NCBI GenBank assembly: GCA_012295275.1
Contig: CM022667.1
Coordinates: 9,238,001 to 9,302,000, forward strand
Origin: Chrysomallon squamiferum
Taxonomy: Eukaryota; Animalia; Mollusca
Reading direction: 5' to 3'
Length of the DNA: 64,000 bases
A model generated the notes under the pieces. It saw only the letters and a program-made list of their open reading frames with translations. It did no database searches and was not told the origin of the DNA. Positions 40,695 to 56,101 of the stretch are shown here, one piece after another (positions within the stretch are counted from its first letter, which is position 1; every line of letters begins with the position of its first letter). Position numbers and translations under genes: made by a program.

Positions 40695-41089
40695 ACTTAT
40701 TTACTAGTTGAAAGAATATACTGAAAACAAATTTACAGGTAGCATGCCAACACAAGAATGGTATGATAATAAACAAGCAAACAGATAAAGTTTTGTAGGA
40801 CTACTTTCAGTGATAAAATTTATAATATACCCGTTTATAATTACTACTGATTTACCTTGTTACGTAAATCAATCAATCAAATTAAAAATAAAATAAAGGA
40901 AAACAAACAAGTCATTATTTTATTTATGAATTTTTTTATTGATTTTTTTTATTTTTTTATTGATGTTATTACAATATATTTTTTCTCGTTATTTTTAATG
41001 TTGTTTTTTTCTCGTTACTTTTACAAGTAATTTTTTTTTGTTTGTTATTCATTCGATTCATTTAAGAATCCCAACAGCTAGCACCATAT

Positions 41090-41370
41090 ACGTTGACAGT
41101 TTACAAAATTAACGTCGACACCAACATTCAAACAGTTCACAAATATCGACACCACAAACACCTCGAAAGACCGTTTGTGCGGTAAATAGAGACAGTTCAA
41201 CACTGGAAGAGTTCACAAATGTTGACAGACACCGGAGGGAAAGTGAAAGACTGATAACAAATGTCGACACCACAATACCGAGTTCACAAATGTCGACACA
41301 TCAAAAGACTGATAACAAAAGTTGACACCAGTCAAACATTGAAAGACTAACAGGAAATGCTGACAGCTAT
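41090..41370. repeat. Irregular minisatellite of ACAAATGTCGACAC / GAAAGACT motifs downstream of RMDN1
   Basis: About 8 variants of (C)ACAAA(T)GT(C/T)GACA(C/G) at variable spacing. Confidence 0.6.
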
Positions 41371-41382
41371 CAAACACAAAAC

Positions 41383-41414
<32 letters not shown>

Positions 41415-41436
41415 TTAATAATAATAAAAATTTAAA

Positions 41437-41492
<56 letters not shown>

Positions 41493-41986
41493 TAATAATA
41501 ATAATAACAAAAACAACAATAATAGTAATAAACACGTCACAAAAATTGACAGCAAGGAGACATCAAAAGACAGCACACAAACACCGACACCGATTCATAA
41601 ACACTGAAAGACACAAATAAACGACAAGAAAGAACACTGAAAGACTTAGTGATGTATAAAACAATAAATACAAAATAGAATTATGTACACAAATAAATAA
41701 ATAAAAATATATATATAAAGTGACATTTTTGTCACAGTCTTAATAAAAATGCAGTAACTGTCAGTTGTTATAACTGATAATAATGCAGCCTGTTTCATTC
41801 CCATCAGTACAGGGCCAGGCGTTCTATAAATAACGTCACGTGACACAACGTCACAAGCGATCGTTGCGTGGACCGCGGAGATGTAACTGGAGTCTCACGA
41901 GTTCTCTCCCTTGACTTGTCACTTCGGGCAACACACGCATCTTTGTTTTTGAAAACGTAAAGAACATTTTGGCTTTGTTCTTGCGT

Positions 41987-42218
41987 TCAGATTGTTTCCA
42001 CGCATTCGCAGTGTCCAAGTTTCCGTAATAACTGACTGGCTTCTTTGTGTGCCTGTAGATAAATAAATAAATAAATAAATGAATAAGTCAATGAATTAGT
42101 AATAAATAAATAAATAAATAAGTCAATGAATTAGTAATAAATAAATAAATAAATAAAAGAAACAATAGGAGATTATAATACTGATAAATATAACAGTAAC
42201 AGTAACAGTAACATAATA

Positions 42219-42250
<32 letters not shown>

Positions 42251-42318
42251 CACTAATAATAATAACAATAATAATAATAATAATAACAATAATAATAATA
42301 ACAATAATAACAATGACA

Positions 42319-42378
<60 letters not shown>

Positions 42379-42804
42379 TAGTTTAAATAAATAAATTAAT
42401 TAAAAAAAAAGATAGAAAAACACTTCGACCCCCTCTCCCCAACCCACCCCCCACACAGATAGACAGACAGATAAAACAGAATGATGAAAACAAAAAGGGA
42501 CGCACCAGTTCGTCTTCGGGTGTGCGGGTGGGGAAGCTGTAGGCCTCTGTCAGGTACTGCGACGCCCTCTCATGGTGTCCAAGTCGAAGATGAGTCTTAC
42601 CCAGCATGACGAGGTTCATGGCGTAGAACTTTGGGTCAGCTGAAAAAACAAACAACAAAAACCCCATTAAAGTTGTTATTAGTAACAAAATTTCATTTGT
42701 TTTGGTAACATTAATATAACAGTACTACCATAGTATTGTTGTTGTTGTTGTTGTTGTTGTTATTGTTATTATTATTATTATTATTAATATTATTATTATT
42801 ATTA

Positions 42805-42849
<45 letters not shown>

Positions 42850-43325
42850 CAGAAGCAGCATCATTATTAATTAACTAGTTACCTTTGTAAACTGTCTGGA
42901 AACGTATATGTTGCTACGTGTTGGGATTGGTAAATGAATCGAATGAATAACAACAACAAAAAAGAGAAAATTTCTTGTACTTAACTAGTTAATTAATTAA
43001 ATTATTTATTTATGTATTTTCGATTATTCAACTTAGCTTACCTTGTTCAGCTCTTTCAAAATAACACAGCGCCTGCAGAAAAAGAAAAATAGAAAATTTA
43101 GAGATTCAGTTCATTAAAAATGAATCAGTCAGTTGATTCGTTCATTCATCAGTTTAATCCATTCATTCATTGAGTCATCAATTTTTAAATTTGTTATTAA
43201 TGTACATTTAAATTTAATTCTGTACAATAATAAAATTATACTTGAAATTAATGTTATTATATATTTTAGACATGTCCTCTCCCCACACGTTTTATAAGTC
43301 TTTTAATAACTTGTGTTAAAATTAT

Positions 43326-43402
<77 letters not shown>

Positions 43403-44863
43403 CACCTCTTCATATGATGACTTAGGAGGAGATGAAAACAAAACTTCAATAATTTTTCTTTCGTACCACGTCAGATCCGCCATTGTGAAATACCTGAAAG
43501 TACCGCAAAAATACAATTTATTCATACTTATATTCAATTTATATTTATTTTATAATAAAGTGAATACTACTTCTACTACTACTACTATTCACACTATAAC
43601 TACTACTACTACTACTACTACTAATAATAATAATAATTAATATAATAATAAGTGTAATATAGTATAAGAAAAAAGAAATTGCAATTACTCTTAATATCGT
43701 GTATAGAATATCTTATTTGAAATGCACGGAACAACCAATAGAGTAACGCGACACAAAAGGAGACTCACCAGAAACCAATAGCGTGCAGCGACACAGCATC
43801 TTTGGGGTTCAACTCTATTGCTTTCTGGAAGAAGAAAAATGTAATCATTACTGGTTATTGTTAATGAAATTATACCAATATATATATATATATAAATATT
43901 TTAATTTTCATATTAAAAAGATAGAAAAGTAATTTTAAATACAAATAAATAATGTACTTCGGGTGATATTAATATCAGTATTCACAGCCTTTAAGCAAAT
44001 TAAAATAAATTCATACAATGTCACGTGACAGAAGCACTTACCTCAAAATGTTTCTTAATGATGAAGATATTTCCCAATCTAGCTCTGACTCCTTTATACT
44101 GAGCTGCCTGATCCAAAAGAATAGCATACCACTGAAAAGAGAAAAAAATATCACTGAAAATAAGTCGAAGACGAAGACTAAAAAGAAGAAGAACAACAAC
44201 AACAATAACAACAACAACAGAAAAAAGTAATTAAAACACTCTTGGTATATTTTCTTATATTTAACAACCGAACAAAAAATACTTCTTTATAATACCGAAA
44301 CACTCGTATAACCAAATCATGTGGACCCGCCCTGAAATTCTGCGCACTTTTTGTTATATTTTAAAACGTGACCGAACTCAGGTTTTCTACGTAAAAAAAC
44401 AGTTAAAGAAATTTTATAGACGCAATCACGATTTATCTTTTTCTTTGTCTGATAAAAAAAAAAAAAAAAAAAAAAATTGAATAACTTGCTTGTCAGTGTC
44501 ACGTAGTAACGTTTCACCCGATACCTCCCTGTCAGCAGAGAACAAAGGGTATCACGTGGTGCACCCGTTGTCAATGACATACGACGTCATAATGTTGACA
44601 GAGTTTCTAATTAACTACGAGCGGGTTTGAAAATACCGTGACGTGTACAGGTAATTGATGATGATTTGACACCGAATAAAATTCACGCTGAATTAATACT
44701 AGATACTTTTTTTGGTTGTAAAAATATTTGATTTCTTTTGATTTCGTTTAAAAAGAAGAGAGAGAGAGAGACAGAGAGAAAAAAATATTTAGTAATTTAC
44801 ACTGAATAAATACGACATAATTTTTTTTGGTAATACAATATTTGATTTCTTTTGATTTCGTTT

Positions 44864-44927
<64 letters not shown>

Positions 44928-46305
44928 AATACGTAAGAAAAATTATATATATACACACACACACACAGACACACACATATATAATTATAAATCGACTTAT
45001 ATCTAATCTTCATAAAGCAAATGAATAAAGTCGAATTAACAGTAACCATAAACACGTATAATTAAAAATCGAATACATTATATCTAATCTTCATACAAAA
45101 GCAAATAGATCGCATACATATCGCATATATATATATATATACTTTCTAAACTACATACAGAGAATTAAAACGCAGTGGGTAATAACGGAAAGGACGGAGA
45201 AGTCATTTACAAAATGACCAGGAAGTGACGAGAGGAGGTCAAACTTTCGAGAACCGGCGGCCGTATAGTGCAATAATCAGCGAAGCGTGAAGTACAGTAT
45301 CCCCTCGTGAAAACCCGCGTTTCGTCAGACGCGTCAATACTGACGTATCAGGTTGACACGCAGACAGAATGCGGTGAAATTAACACCCCCACCCCCACCC
45401 CCACCCCACAGTCCTGTCGTGTTTCTTTGTTTGTTACGTGTTTTCAAAAAAGAAGGGGATTGGCTTTAATTCAAGTAAGTTCATAATATTTTTTTTTGGG
45501 TTTTTTTTTTTATGGGGGTTGGCTGTTTTTGCGTCATTATCATTTTCATTTCGTCATCTTATTGTCCTTTCAGTGTATAGTGTATGCCTGGCTAAATATA
45601 CATAGAATGGTTTGCTCTTCTCTGCTATTTTAATAATCGTTAATATTTTCATATTTTTTTAGATCTTCTTCTTCTTCTGCTCCTATGGATCATCCACCTA
45701 TGTATACTATTCTTTTATCGTTTTTTTTTCTCAACGTTTTCTTCTTCTTCAACATTTATTGTTTTGTTGTTGTTGCCGTTTTTCTTCTTACAAAACAAAA
45801 TGTACCTTACCAGACACACAACAATTTTCAACTAAACAATCACACTATTGTTGTTGTTGTGGTTTTTTTCACTTAAACTACGTAAGGCTGTTTTCTACTC
45901 ACTTTGTGACTGTTGGGGTTGTTCGGATCGCGCTCCAGCGCTTTCTTGGCGGATTCGAAAGCCTCGAACGTCAACGCTTTTCGTTCCTGCATGTCGGGAA
46001 TTCTCTTTCCCTTTTCCCACGCGGCCCTGGCCAGTCGCCACTGAATGTCCGCGTCGTCGCTGTTGTCGTACTGCTTGAGCAGCGCGTACAGCTCCACCAT
46101 CTTGTGCTTCCGGTGCAGATTGTCCGCCATTTTCTTGATGTCGTTAAAGTTTGGTTTCGGTGGACATTTTATGGCTTTGGTTAAATCTGGAATTGTGAAA
46201 AATGTTAAATTTAATTAAACAAGTTGTAAAATGTTTGTGCATTTCATGCTAACTATCCTTTTCTTTTCTATCTTTATTTATTTTAAAAACAAATTTCAAT
46301 TTTGT

Positions 46306-46388
<83 letters not shown>

Positions 46389-49300
46389 GCTCTCTCTCCG
46401 CCTCTGTCTGAACCTATTTATACATCAAACACTTTATTATGCTGTAGTAGTATTTAGGATGTTCACACGCGTGATAACGTTATCGCCAGTAATTAGGTTT
46501 AAAACACACAAAGGAAATCTCTCTCCCGTTCATTCATGTTTAATAACGACAGGCTTGTTTTCTCAACAGGAATGGAACAAAAAAAAAAAAAAAAAATCCA
46601 TTTGGTCAATACGACTGGGTCAGGAGGACCGAATGATTAGGGGTTTTTTTTCTTCTAAAATCAGATTCTTGAAATAATTAATAACCTGCCAAACCAAAGA
46701 ATGATCAAGTAATGAATTAATAATTAACTAAGAAAGTGAATAACGTTCTCAGTGATTCTATGGTCGAACTAGGCAAACTAATCGTTGTTTTAGTAAAGTA
46801 GTGCATCATTCATTTATCAAATTATGCTTCGTAATAGCCTACTAAATAGGTAACTTAATTAATAATGACACAGTAACACAGATAACTGTGCCGCGCTATA
46901 TATAGAAGCCAGTCTTCTTATAAATGATTCTTTTTTTCCTCTTTATCGATTTCCGTGTTATAACGCTGAAATGGAAGGGCTTGAACCACGGAGGTTAGTG
47001 TGTCCCAAGTCTTCAGAGAATACTTTTTATCTGAAGCGCTTGGTTATAAGATTTTTTCTAGTTCCAAACAACGTCTCACAGCTGCCCTATTATAAAGGCC
47101 GTGTTTCGTTCTTTACTGTTCATGGAAAGGACGACGTTAAAAGATTTCTTACTGCTAAATATTAAAAAAAAAACATAGAGGAATTGACGCTAATAATAAT
47201 ATTTTCTTTTCAACCGTCTTTCAGATTTGAACCCGGTACTTATCAGCCACAGGCTAAGTAAAACTAGAGTCAAAATATTCTAACGTGCTGACAAGGCTAG
47301 ACAGAGTTTAATAGAAAACAGATAACTGCGTGTGAACCAGTCAGATTTCTTGTTACAACTTTAGTAAATTAAAATTGGAGTCAAGTGTCTAAAAGTTGTT
47401 TTTAAAAAAAATGTTTTCAACTTTTGACTTTCAGTCTGGCAAATCTGGGTTTCTGGGTTATATATATATTTTTTCCAGAAATTTATGACAGGTTAAAAAA
47501 AAAATAATAATAAAATGAAATGTATAGAGGAAACGAGAATAAAAGCGAAAACAAGAAAATCGAGAAGAACGAAATAAAAGAAAAAATGAGAAAAAGAAAT
47601 AGAAAAAAAAAGGAATATTAAGAAAAAAATAATAACAACTTCAAGAAGAATAAAAACGCTAGAAATAGAAGAAGAAAATACAATAAAAAAAAAAAAAAAA
47701 AAAAAAAAATCAACTGAACTACGACAACAATATAATTATTATTTCACGTGAAAATGTATTTTATGTTATATTTGCAAGATAATGACGCTTAATAACAATA
47801 ATTATATTAAAAAAAAAAAAAGAAAAAAAAAAAACCATGAACGATTTTATCATTTCATATTCAGCAAAAAAATCATAACAGAGAGCATATTAGACGTAAT
47901 CATACAAGACTTTCTATCGGTTATTAAAAATTGTTGCAGTTGCTGCAGATGTTTTTTTTTAGGTTTATGTGATATTTATAATATCTTCACGCCATCGATT
48001 GACATCAAATACAGAACATTTACCACCCCCGTCCAGAATCAGGAACAAGTGAAAGAAACGAGATTTTTTAATACCGATGGTGAAATAACGATTCAATGAG
48101 CGATGCATAATTTAGCAACTCGACACAAAATAACGTATTATAGCGTTCTGTACAAACAACAAAAAAAATAATAATAATAAAAATAAAAAAGTAAATAAAA
48201 TATGAATGCTGGGAGAATTGCACGTTGAAGAGTGGGCGTACGTTTTATTCGATATGAATCGATATCGATAACAAGGGAAGAATATTAAATTTAATAGGGC
48301 AGATTTTCATTTTTTTTTTTTTTTTTTGAAATTTTTTTGAAATTCTTTTATTTTCTTTCTTTTGTATTTTAGAGACATTCCTACACTTTCGTACACGCGT
48401 ACTTGCATGTAAAAACATGTTCACACACACACACACACGCACGCACACACACAAATAATATATATATATATATAAACATAGAGATAAATTTAAACACAGA
48501 CACACCGACACACACTTCTACATCCATCAATCCGTCCATCCATCCATCTGTAGATACAAACAAACGTACCTTTCAGAGTCTGAAAGTTGGTTTTGTCGGT
48601 CTGAACTGTGAAAGTGAGAAGTGGAACCATAAGAAAAGATTTCTGCAGCGTTGTACTCTTCATAGACCGGGAGCAGTCCTGGAAGTAAAGTGTACATAAT
48701 GAATATTCATTAGATGAATATTTGCATGATATGCATTAATATAAATTTTACATCTTCCATCAAAAGTTAGTTAGCTATATGACGAAAAAATGTATTATTA
48801 TTATTTGTTTTGTTTTTTTCACTGTTGTTTTGATAGGACGATCCGCAATGCAGAGGAACCATAATAACAAAATGCGGTGATATTTAAAGCAGATAAGCCT
48901 TAAAAGGGCCTCGTTGAAATCCGTGCAGTAACAAGTATCAGATAATCGTTCAGAAATGTTAGATATATATATATATATATTTAAAAAAAAAAAAAAAAAA
49001 TAAAATAAAATAAAAAAATAATAAAATATTGTAAAATATATTAGATTATATTATTTATTTATTTATTTATTTATTTTATTACTGCATGTATTATTGGTTA
49101 TAATTATTTATTTAAATTTGTTTATTATTTATTATTTTTATTTTTGCAACGTTGTATAACCAAGTATCCCACACCGCGATTTGATCCGTGAGCCGCTGAT
49201 TCATGGATACGTAAAAATAAACGGTTTTGTTTATCAACATCCAAACAGGAATTCGTGGGCTTTCAAAAGATCCGTCCAACAACTAGGGCTGTGACGAATG

Positions 49301-49935
49301 AGCCAACCTTGACCCAGTCACGTGTTCCCCGAGTTCATTAGTCAAACTAATTTTGGTGTTTTGTTTATTGTGAAAAACAGCGCCAGTGGGGCGAGAGAGA
49401 GAGAGAGAAAGAAAGAGAGCCGTCTTTCTTAATCATTAAACATATCAGGTGTCAGCCATGTTTATTTGGAGCGCGCGCGCGCGGCCTTTGCAAAAAACTC
49501 CCCCGTATCGAACGAAACAATCAGCCAACCGTGTTGGTCGTTGCCTCCGCGTCGATTCGACGATTGGTACGCGAGCGAGTGAGTGAGCGAGTGAGCGAGC
49601 GAGTGTGTGGGACTACTACGCAAGTTTGTTTACCTCGCATTCACGTCTGATTCACTGAAAAACCGCTACGTGCGCTACCCAACGTCTGCTCTGTTTACTC
49701 GGGTCTTTCACGAGCGTTGACCCGTTTGGCACGACGTGACAGTCCGACCGTATATCGGTTTGTAGGTCCGTCCACTTCGGGAGTGTGGGTGGGGGGGCTA
49801 CGGTTAGTATGTCAAGGGGGGTCAGTGGCGATTCATGGCCATCTGAAATATTACTGAGTCAGTTGTTTCCCGACTGATATTATGATGGTTTTGTACGTAT
49901 GTCTGTAAATTGGTCAGTACCTCTATTTGTACTTC

Positions 49936-50007
<72 letters not shown>

Positions 50008-50430
50008 GATATACGGACATGGAGATATACGGACGGATGGACGTATATGTGACCATACACTACCTAAAACATTTGTCAGAATTGTTATATTCGTCCTTTG
50101 CCTACGCAACCATCCCACTCATCAAATAACGAATGATGAATTATTTTCTTCTTTTTTCTAACCAAATCTCATTTAAACAGGATTGTTATATAGTTTACTT
50201 CGCAATGATAAACCCAACGCAGATAAAGTCGGTGTAATATATCAAATATGTACTACAACGCACCCGTGAGATTTGAACCTACAGTTCACTGTCCCCGGGG
50301 GACCGCGGAACAAGCCAATCCCTTCACAGTTATTTCTGAATGATTCATTCGAATCGTTATATGATTATGATGGTAAAGAATTGAAATGTTCTGGGCAAAA
50401 ATAATGGGATAATAATAATAGTAATAATAA

Positions 50431-50461
<31 letters not shown>

Positions 50462-50606
50462 AAGAAAGAATGAATGAATGAAAAAGAACAATAATAACTA
50501 ATAATAGTAATAATAATATGAAGTATGGAAACAGGAATCAATCATTAAACCGCAACGATTACGTAATATTGTAATAATAACCACAGATAAGAAGTAGGAA
50601 CTAAAT

Positions 50607-50642
<36 letters not shown>

Positions 50643-50759
50643 AAAATAAAAATAATAAAATAAAACAAAACAAAATAAAATAAAATAAAAAGAATATATA
50701 GATATAAATAAATAAAAAATAAAATAAACTATAATAATAATTAACAACAACAACGACAA

Positions 50760-50793
<34 letters not shown>

Positions 50794-51057
50794 GAATAAA
50801 AAGAAATTAAAAGGAAATAAAATAAAATAAAAAGGAAATAAAATAAAATAGAATAAAATAAAACAAAATTAAATAACATTAAATTAAATTAACTAAAAAT
50901 ATAAAATTAAATAAAAGAAAATAAAATAAAAATCAAACTTTACCTTTTGACAGCTCTCCAGGTTTCGAATTCTCTGCGTCAGCGACTGCTTGTCGAACCT
51001 CACGTCGCCAGCTGCCTTGGCAACCAGCTTCAAGCAGCGTTGGATATTCAGCGACAT
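41987..51057 (-). CDS. RMDN1: Regulator of microtubule dynamics protein 1 (FAM82B-like, TPR-like helical repeats); 9 exons, ~323 aa
   Basis: Exons (minus) 51057-50944, 48678-48570, 46186-45903, 44131-44042, 43824-43769, 43493-43406, 43072-43042, 42639-42506, 42052-41987; continuous frame of 972 nt. Diagnostic segments WRLARA, HKWYAI, IKKHFEKAIELNPKD, ADLTWYERKI..LFSSPPKSSYEEAL.YFERAEQ.DPKFY..NL.MLGK, EDELAHKEA..LL. The first two exons are less certain. Confidence 0.92.
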
Positions 51058-51169
51058 CGTTCGCGAGTTCGTGATTGAAACGTCCTAGCGGATCAGCGGT
51101 GTTTGTGGCAATAGCCGCCTCGCTTCGGGACTCCACGTAATATAGCCGAGCTCAGGTGCGGTTCAACGC

Positions 51170-51200
51170 TTACGTAATCACGTGATCACTCGCCGATCGC
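51170..51200. promoter_or_regulatory. RMDN1 proximal promoter motifs: abutting D-box-type TTACGTAA and E-box TCACGTGA
   Basis: TTACGTAA (51170-51177) is immediately followed by TCACGTGA (51178-51185), about 115 nt upstream of the predicted ATG in a CpG-rich segment. Confidence 0.5.
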
Positions 51201-51998
51201 GTGAACTTACACCGGGGGTGGGGGTCGGGGGGGTGGTGGAATAGGCTGTTTACGTTTTTTTTGTTTGTTTTTTTCGACTCTGACAACTGCGCAGACTGTT
51301 CGAACAAAGAGGGGAGGATACTGTTACCTAACAAAAAGAATCAAATAAAAAAAAAAAAAAAAATAAAAAAAATTACTAAGCAAGACGAAGATAAAGAAGG
51401 AGGTGACGGCTCACTGATTTTTTTTTTTTTTTTTTGTACCTCTTTTTTTAATGTAAACATGTTTATGAGCAATCGATGAAACGCTGGTAAATAGCGTATC
51501 CGTTTTCGAACTTGAGACCAGCTACGTCTCGAGTATTTCTTTTTTTTTCAGTTCAGTTATTTTTCTGATTTTTTTTTTTTTTTTTTTTTGTTTGTTGTGG
51601 TAGTTGTAGTTGCTGCTGTTGTTATGCTGTTGATACTGTTGTTATTGTGTCGTTAATGCTGTTGTGGTTGTTATTGTTGTCGTCGTAGTTGTAGTTGTGA
51701 TAGGTTGACGCTGTTGTTGATACGGTTGTTGAATGTCGTTTCATTAAAATACTTATATTAAAAGTTGTTAACTGTTACCAGGTAAATGTTTAATATTTAT
51801 GACTACTCGATAAAAAGAAAGAATGAAAGAAAAAATAGGAAAGAAAAAATGTAGAGAGAGAAAAAAAGAAAAGCGTTTCATTCTCTTGACTTTTTTCTCC
51901 TTGTCTCAGTTTCAAGCTCTTTTTTAACAAAATTATTTTTCTCATTATTTATTACTCTTTCATTCTGGCTTTTATGTGCGTCTGTCTATCTCTCTTAC

Positions 51999-52106
<108 letters not shown>

Positions 52107-52175
52107 TGTTGTGTTATAATTTTCTATGCTATTACATTATCATAATATTACTACTAATAATTAACTGTCATTGAT

Positions 52176-52212
<37 letters not shown>

Positions 52213-53390
52213 GAAGAACAGTAATCTATTATTATGATTATTATTACTTGTGTCATTGTGGCTGTTATATTGGTTGTGTTATTATTATTGTTGGTGCTTT
52301 ATTGTCGTTGTTGTCGTACACTATTGTAATGGTGGTATCTTTGTTGTCGCTGTTGTTGTCGTTATTGTAATGATGGTGTCTTTTTTTTTCTCCTATCTTT
52401 AAATTTACATGTTTAATGTTCTTGTAACATAACCAACATCATTTTAAAACAAAAATCACAGATAGAAAGTGACGTGAAAATGTCCCCCCCTCTGTCTGCC
52501 CTTGACGACAGAAACAAAGAGATTACGAGGAATTATATTAAACGACACCGTTTCTTTGATTCCTGTTGACACTGGCGCGGAATCAGGTGCTTTGCGCCCC
52601 GGGAATTTCCGCCTCTCCTCGGAGACAATCGTTATTTGTTTTAAGTTCGCTGTGCAGTGACGGAAGCAGACGATTAATTAAACACTGACTCGCCAGGGTG
52701 CTTGCTACTCGGAAAGTGTTATCTTTCTTTCTTTCTTTCTTTCTTCCTTTCTTTTTACACCAGTCACGTGATCCTTTTTTGCGGGGGCATTAAGACCGGC
52801 TGATGGAAAAAAAAGAAATACTGTGACATAAATTCACTGCAAGTTTTACTGGTTTCGTTTCACAGGGTTTATGGGTGGGGATTTCGATCTTTTTCCGCCC
52901 GTTTTTTGAATGAAATATATATTTTAATATTTACTGAAATCTGTACTAAAGGGTACATTCAGTATGAATTATAAAGGTATATGATAAAATTAAAGGTTTA
53001 TCGGATTCCATCAATGTCGTAATCTACTCCATCGTAAAAGGAAAAAAAAAAAAAAAAAAACCGGACCACTCCTTAATCCGTTTTAGAGAGTGTCCGCTTT
53101 CCTTGATTCCTGATATTTGGATTCACTGTGCGCTCCTAAAAAAACTTTTCCGGGAAAATAAGTATCTTACAAATACTTTTTTATTTTTATTTTTATAAAG
53201 TTAATTTTTTTTTCGGGTCGATGTGGTATATTTTAAAAGGAAAGCTGTTTACATCTATCTACCCATCCAACATTATAATTACGAATTATTACTTGGTACG
53301 CCTATACAAGCTTTTGTATGTGTTTGTGTGTGTCTTTGTGTATGGATGTCTTCTGAGTCAGAAAGAAAAAATGTCACAGAAACAGAATGT

Positions 53391-53775
<385 letters not shown>

Positions 53776-53821
53776 TTGTGATGTACCAAGAGTGGTGTGT
53801 GTATTTATTTACTACATCACA

Positions 53822-53861
<40 letters not shown>

Positions 53862-54664
53862 TGTACAGTTAGTTTTATGGGTGTGTATGTTTATCAGTTG
53901 TCAAGCATGAGCGCTCATTAATAACAGTCTTGTTATTTTTCTTATGTGCCAGCTGCCATGGCGGTGTTGCAGCTGTTGTTGTTGTTCTCGTTTTGGTTGA
54001 TATTGCTGCAGTTGTACATTTTGCTGCTGTTGTTGATGTCATCGTTATTCTTGTTGATTTTTTGTAGTCGTTGTAGTTCTTGTTGCTGTGTTGTTGGTGG
54101 TGCTGTTGTTGTAATTATTGTTGATGTTGATGGAGTAACTGTTACTGTTGTTGTCGTTGTAGTTGTTGTTGTTGCTGCTGTCACTATTCTTTTTTTTATT
54201 GAATTCATAACTCCTTTTATTTTCATTCTCTTTCGTGTTTATATTAATTAAATGAACAAATGTTACAAAAAAACACAAATGTTATGTTCGCGTCTACGTG
54301 CATTTCCGTAGGTGCATTTTTTCGTGCACGCACATCTGTACATTCACAAAAGTTCACTCAAACAACAGAGTTACGTGACTGCAACATCGTCGACATGTTC
54401 TGTACGCAGTGACCCAGTTCTGATTCAGCCTTGTAGTAACTGTTCACAATGTTTACATCGGATGTTCGTCTGCTCCGTTCTCATTGGTCGTTTTCGGACG
54501 CTCTGTTCTGATTGGCTGAAACGAATAAGACCGTTATTTCTCCAAGTACTTTTATTTATATGTCGTTATGTATGTCATGGCTGTTTCGGATAAACTTTCT
54601 ATGAAAGTGTAATAATAGCTGAACATCTGTTAGCTATGTCCGAGAAACAGATAAAGAGAAAGAT

Positions 54665-54759
<95 letters not shown>

Positions 54760-55733
54760 ACAGCACTTATACATCCAAATACAAAGACACACCTTTGTAA
54801 ATACAAATTATTTTAAATGCCAGCAACACCCTCCAAAAAATAAACACCAGTCACTTTGGGTGTAGCAGGTTTCCTGTTTCATTAATTGTGACACACACAC
54901 ACACACACACACACACTCACTCACTCACTCACTCACACACACACACACACAGACACACAGACACACATGCGCGTTCCAGTCATACAACGAACACGTGATA
55001 AAGCACTTAAACGTACTTACCTACTTTTTCGATAAATATTTATTTTGTAATTGCTATTTTTATAGGTAACAAAATTAAATGTGTAATAGCTGGCGCACGT
55101 GCAGATGAGTGGTGAGCGAAACCTCATGAGGGGGGAGGACGGGGGGGTGTCGCGTCTTCATCACCTGATGTCTTTATTATATTAAAAAAAAAAAAAAAAA
55201 AAAGTTTTTCGCTGGGGAAAAATTAATGGCCTCAGTGAAATATTCTTCCATCTATCTAAACATTCCCTTATCTCTGTATTCCCTCATCTGTATGTTCACT
55301 CAGTTTTATACACAAATATACTGATGTGTATGTTTCCATCATTTCAGTATTTCCCATCTATACATGTATCCCTATTTTCTATATTCCCACAGCTTTATAA
55401 TTCAGTTGTGGTATTGTCGGAAAATTCCTACACAAACAGAAAGACGCGAGACAAAGCTAAACAGAAAGTAACGGGTTTTTTTTCCGATTATCTCATTTCA
55501 TTTCGTAACACGCTAAGTAAGATATATTGGGGAATGACGTCATTTTCGTTACCACAACAAGGATTCGTTGTTTAAAAAACAGGATTTCCTTGTTGACTAA
55601 AATAATACGAATAAAAATAGCACTGATCATGGATGGATTTGTCATTTACGAAAATAGGCAGTCCTGCAAATATATTTGAATCTTATGGTTTATTAATAGC
55701 GAAATGTACTGAGCTGTTGTTAACACACACACA

Positions 55734-55776
<43 letters not shown>

Positions 55777-56069
55777 ATATGTGTACGTGTGTGTGTATAT
55801 GAGTGTATTTTTGTGTGTATATGTATATCTGTATGTAAGGTATGTATGAGTGAGTTTACGTAGGCAGTGAGAGACATATACAGAGATACACGTCTACATT
55901 TCTCAAAGTTTCTCTTCACCCGCGCTAAATCACTGCTGTTTATCATTAAATTATAGAATTAGCTGTATCAAACAACTATTACTACTACTACTACTACTAC
56001 TAATAATAATAATAGTAGTAGTAGTACTATACTACTACTACTACTACTAATATGTACCAATAGTAATAA

Positions 56070-56101
<32 letters not shown>

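Noticed and set aside
50933-51136. 67-aa GTG-start ORF as RMDN1 exon 1
   Set aside because: Wrong phase for the next exon; the ATG at 51057 in another frame splices in frame.
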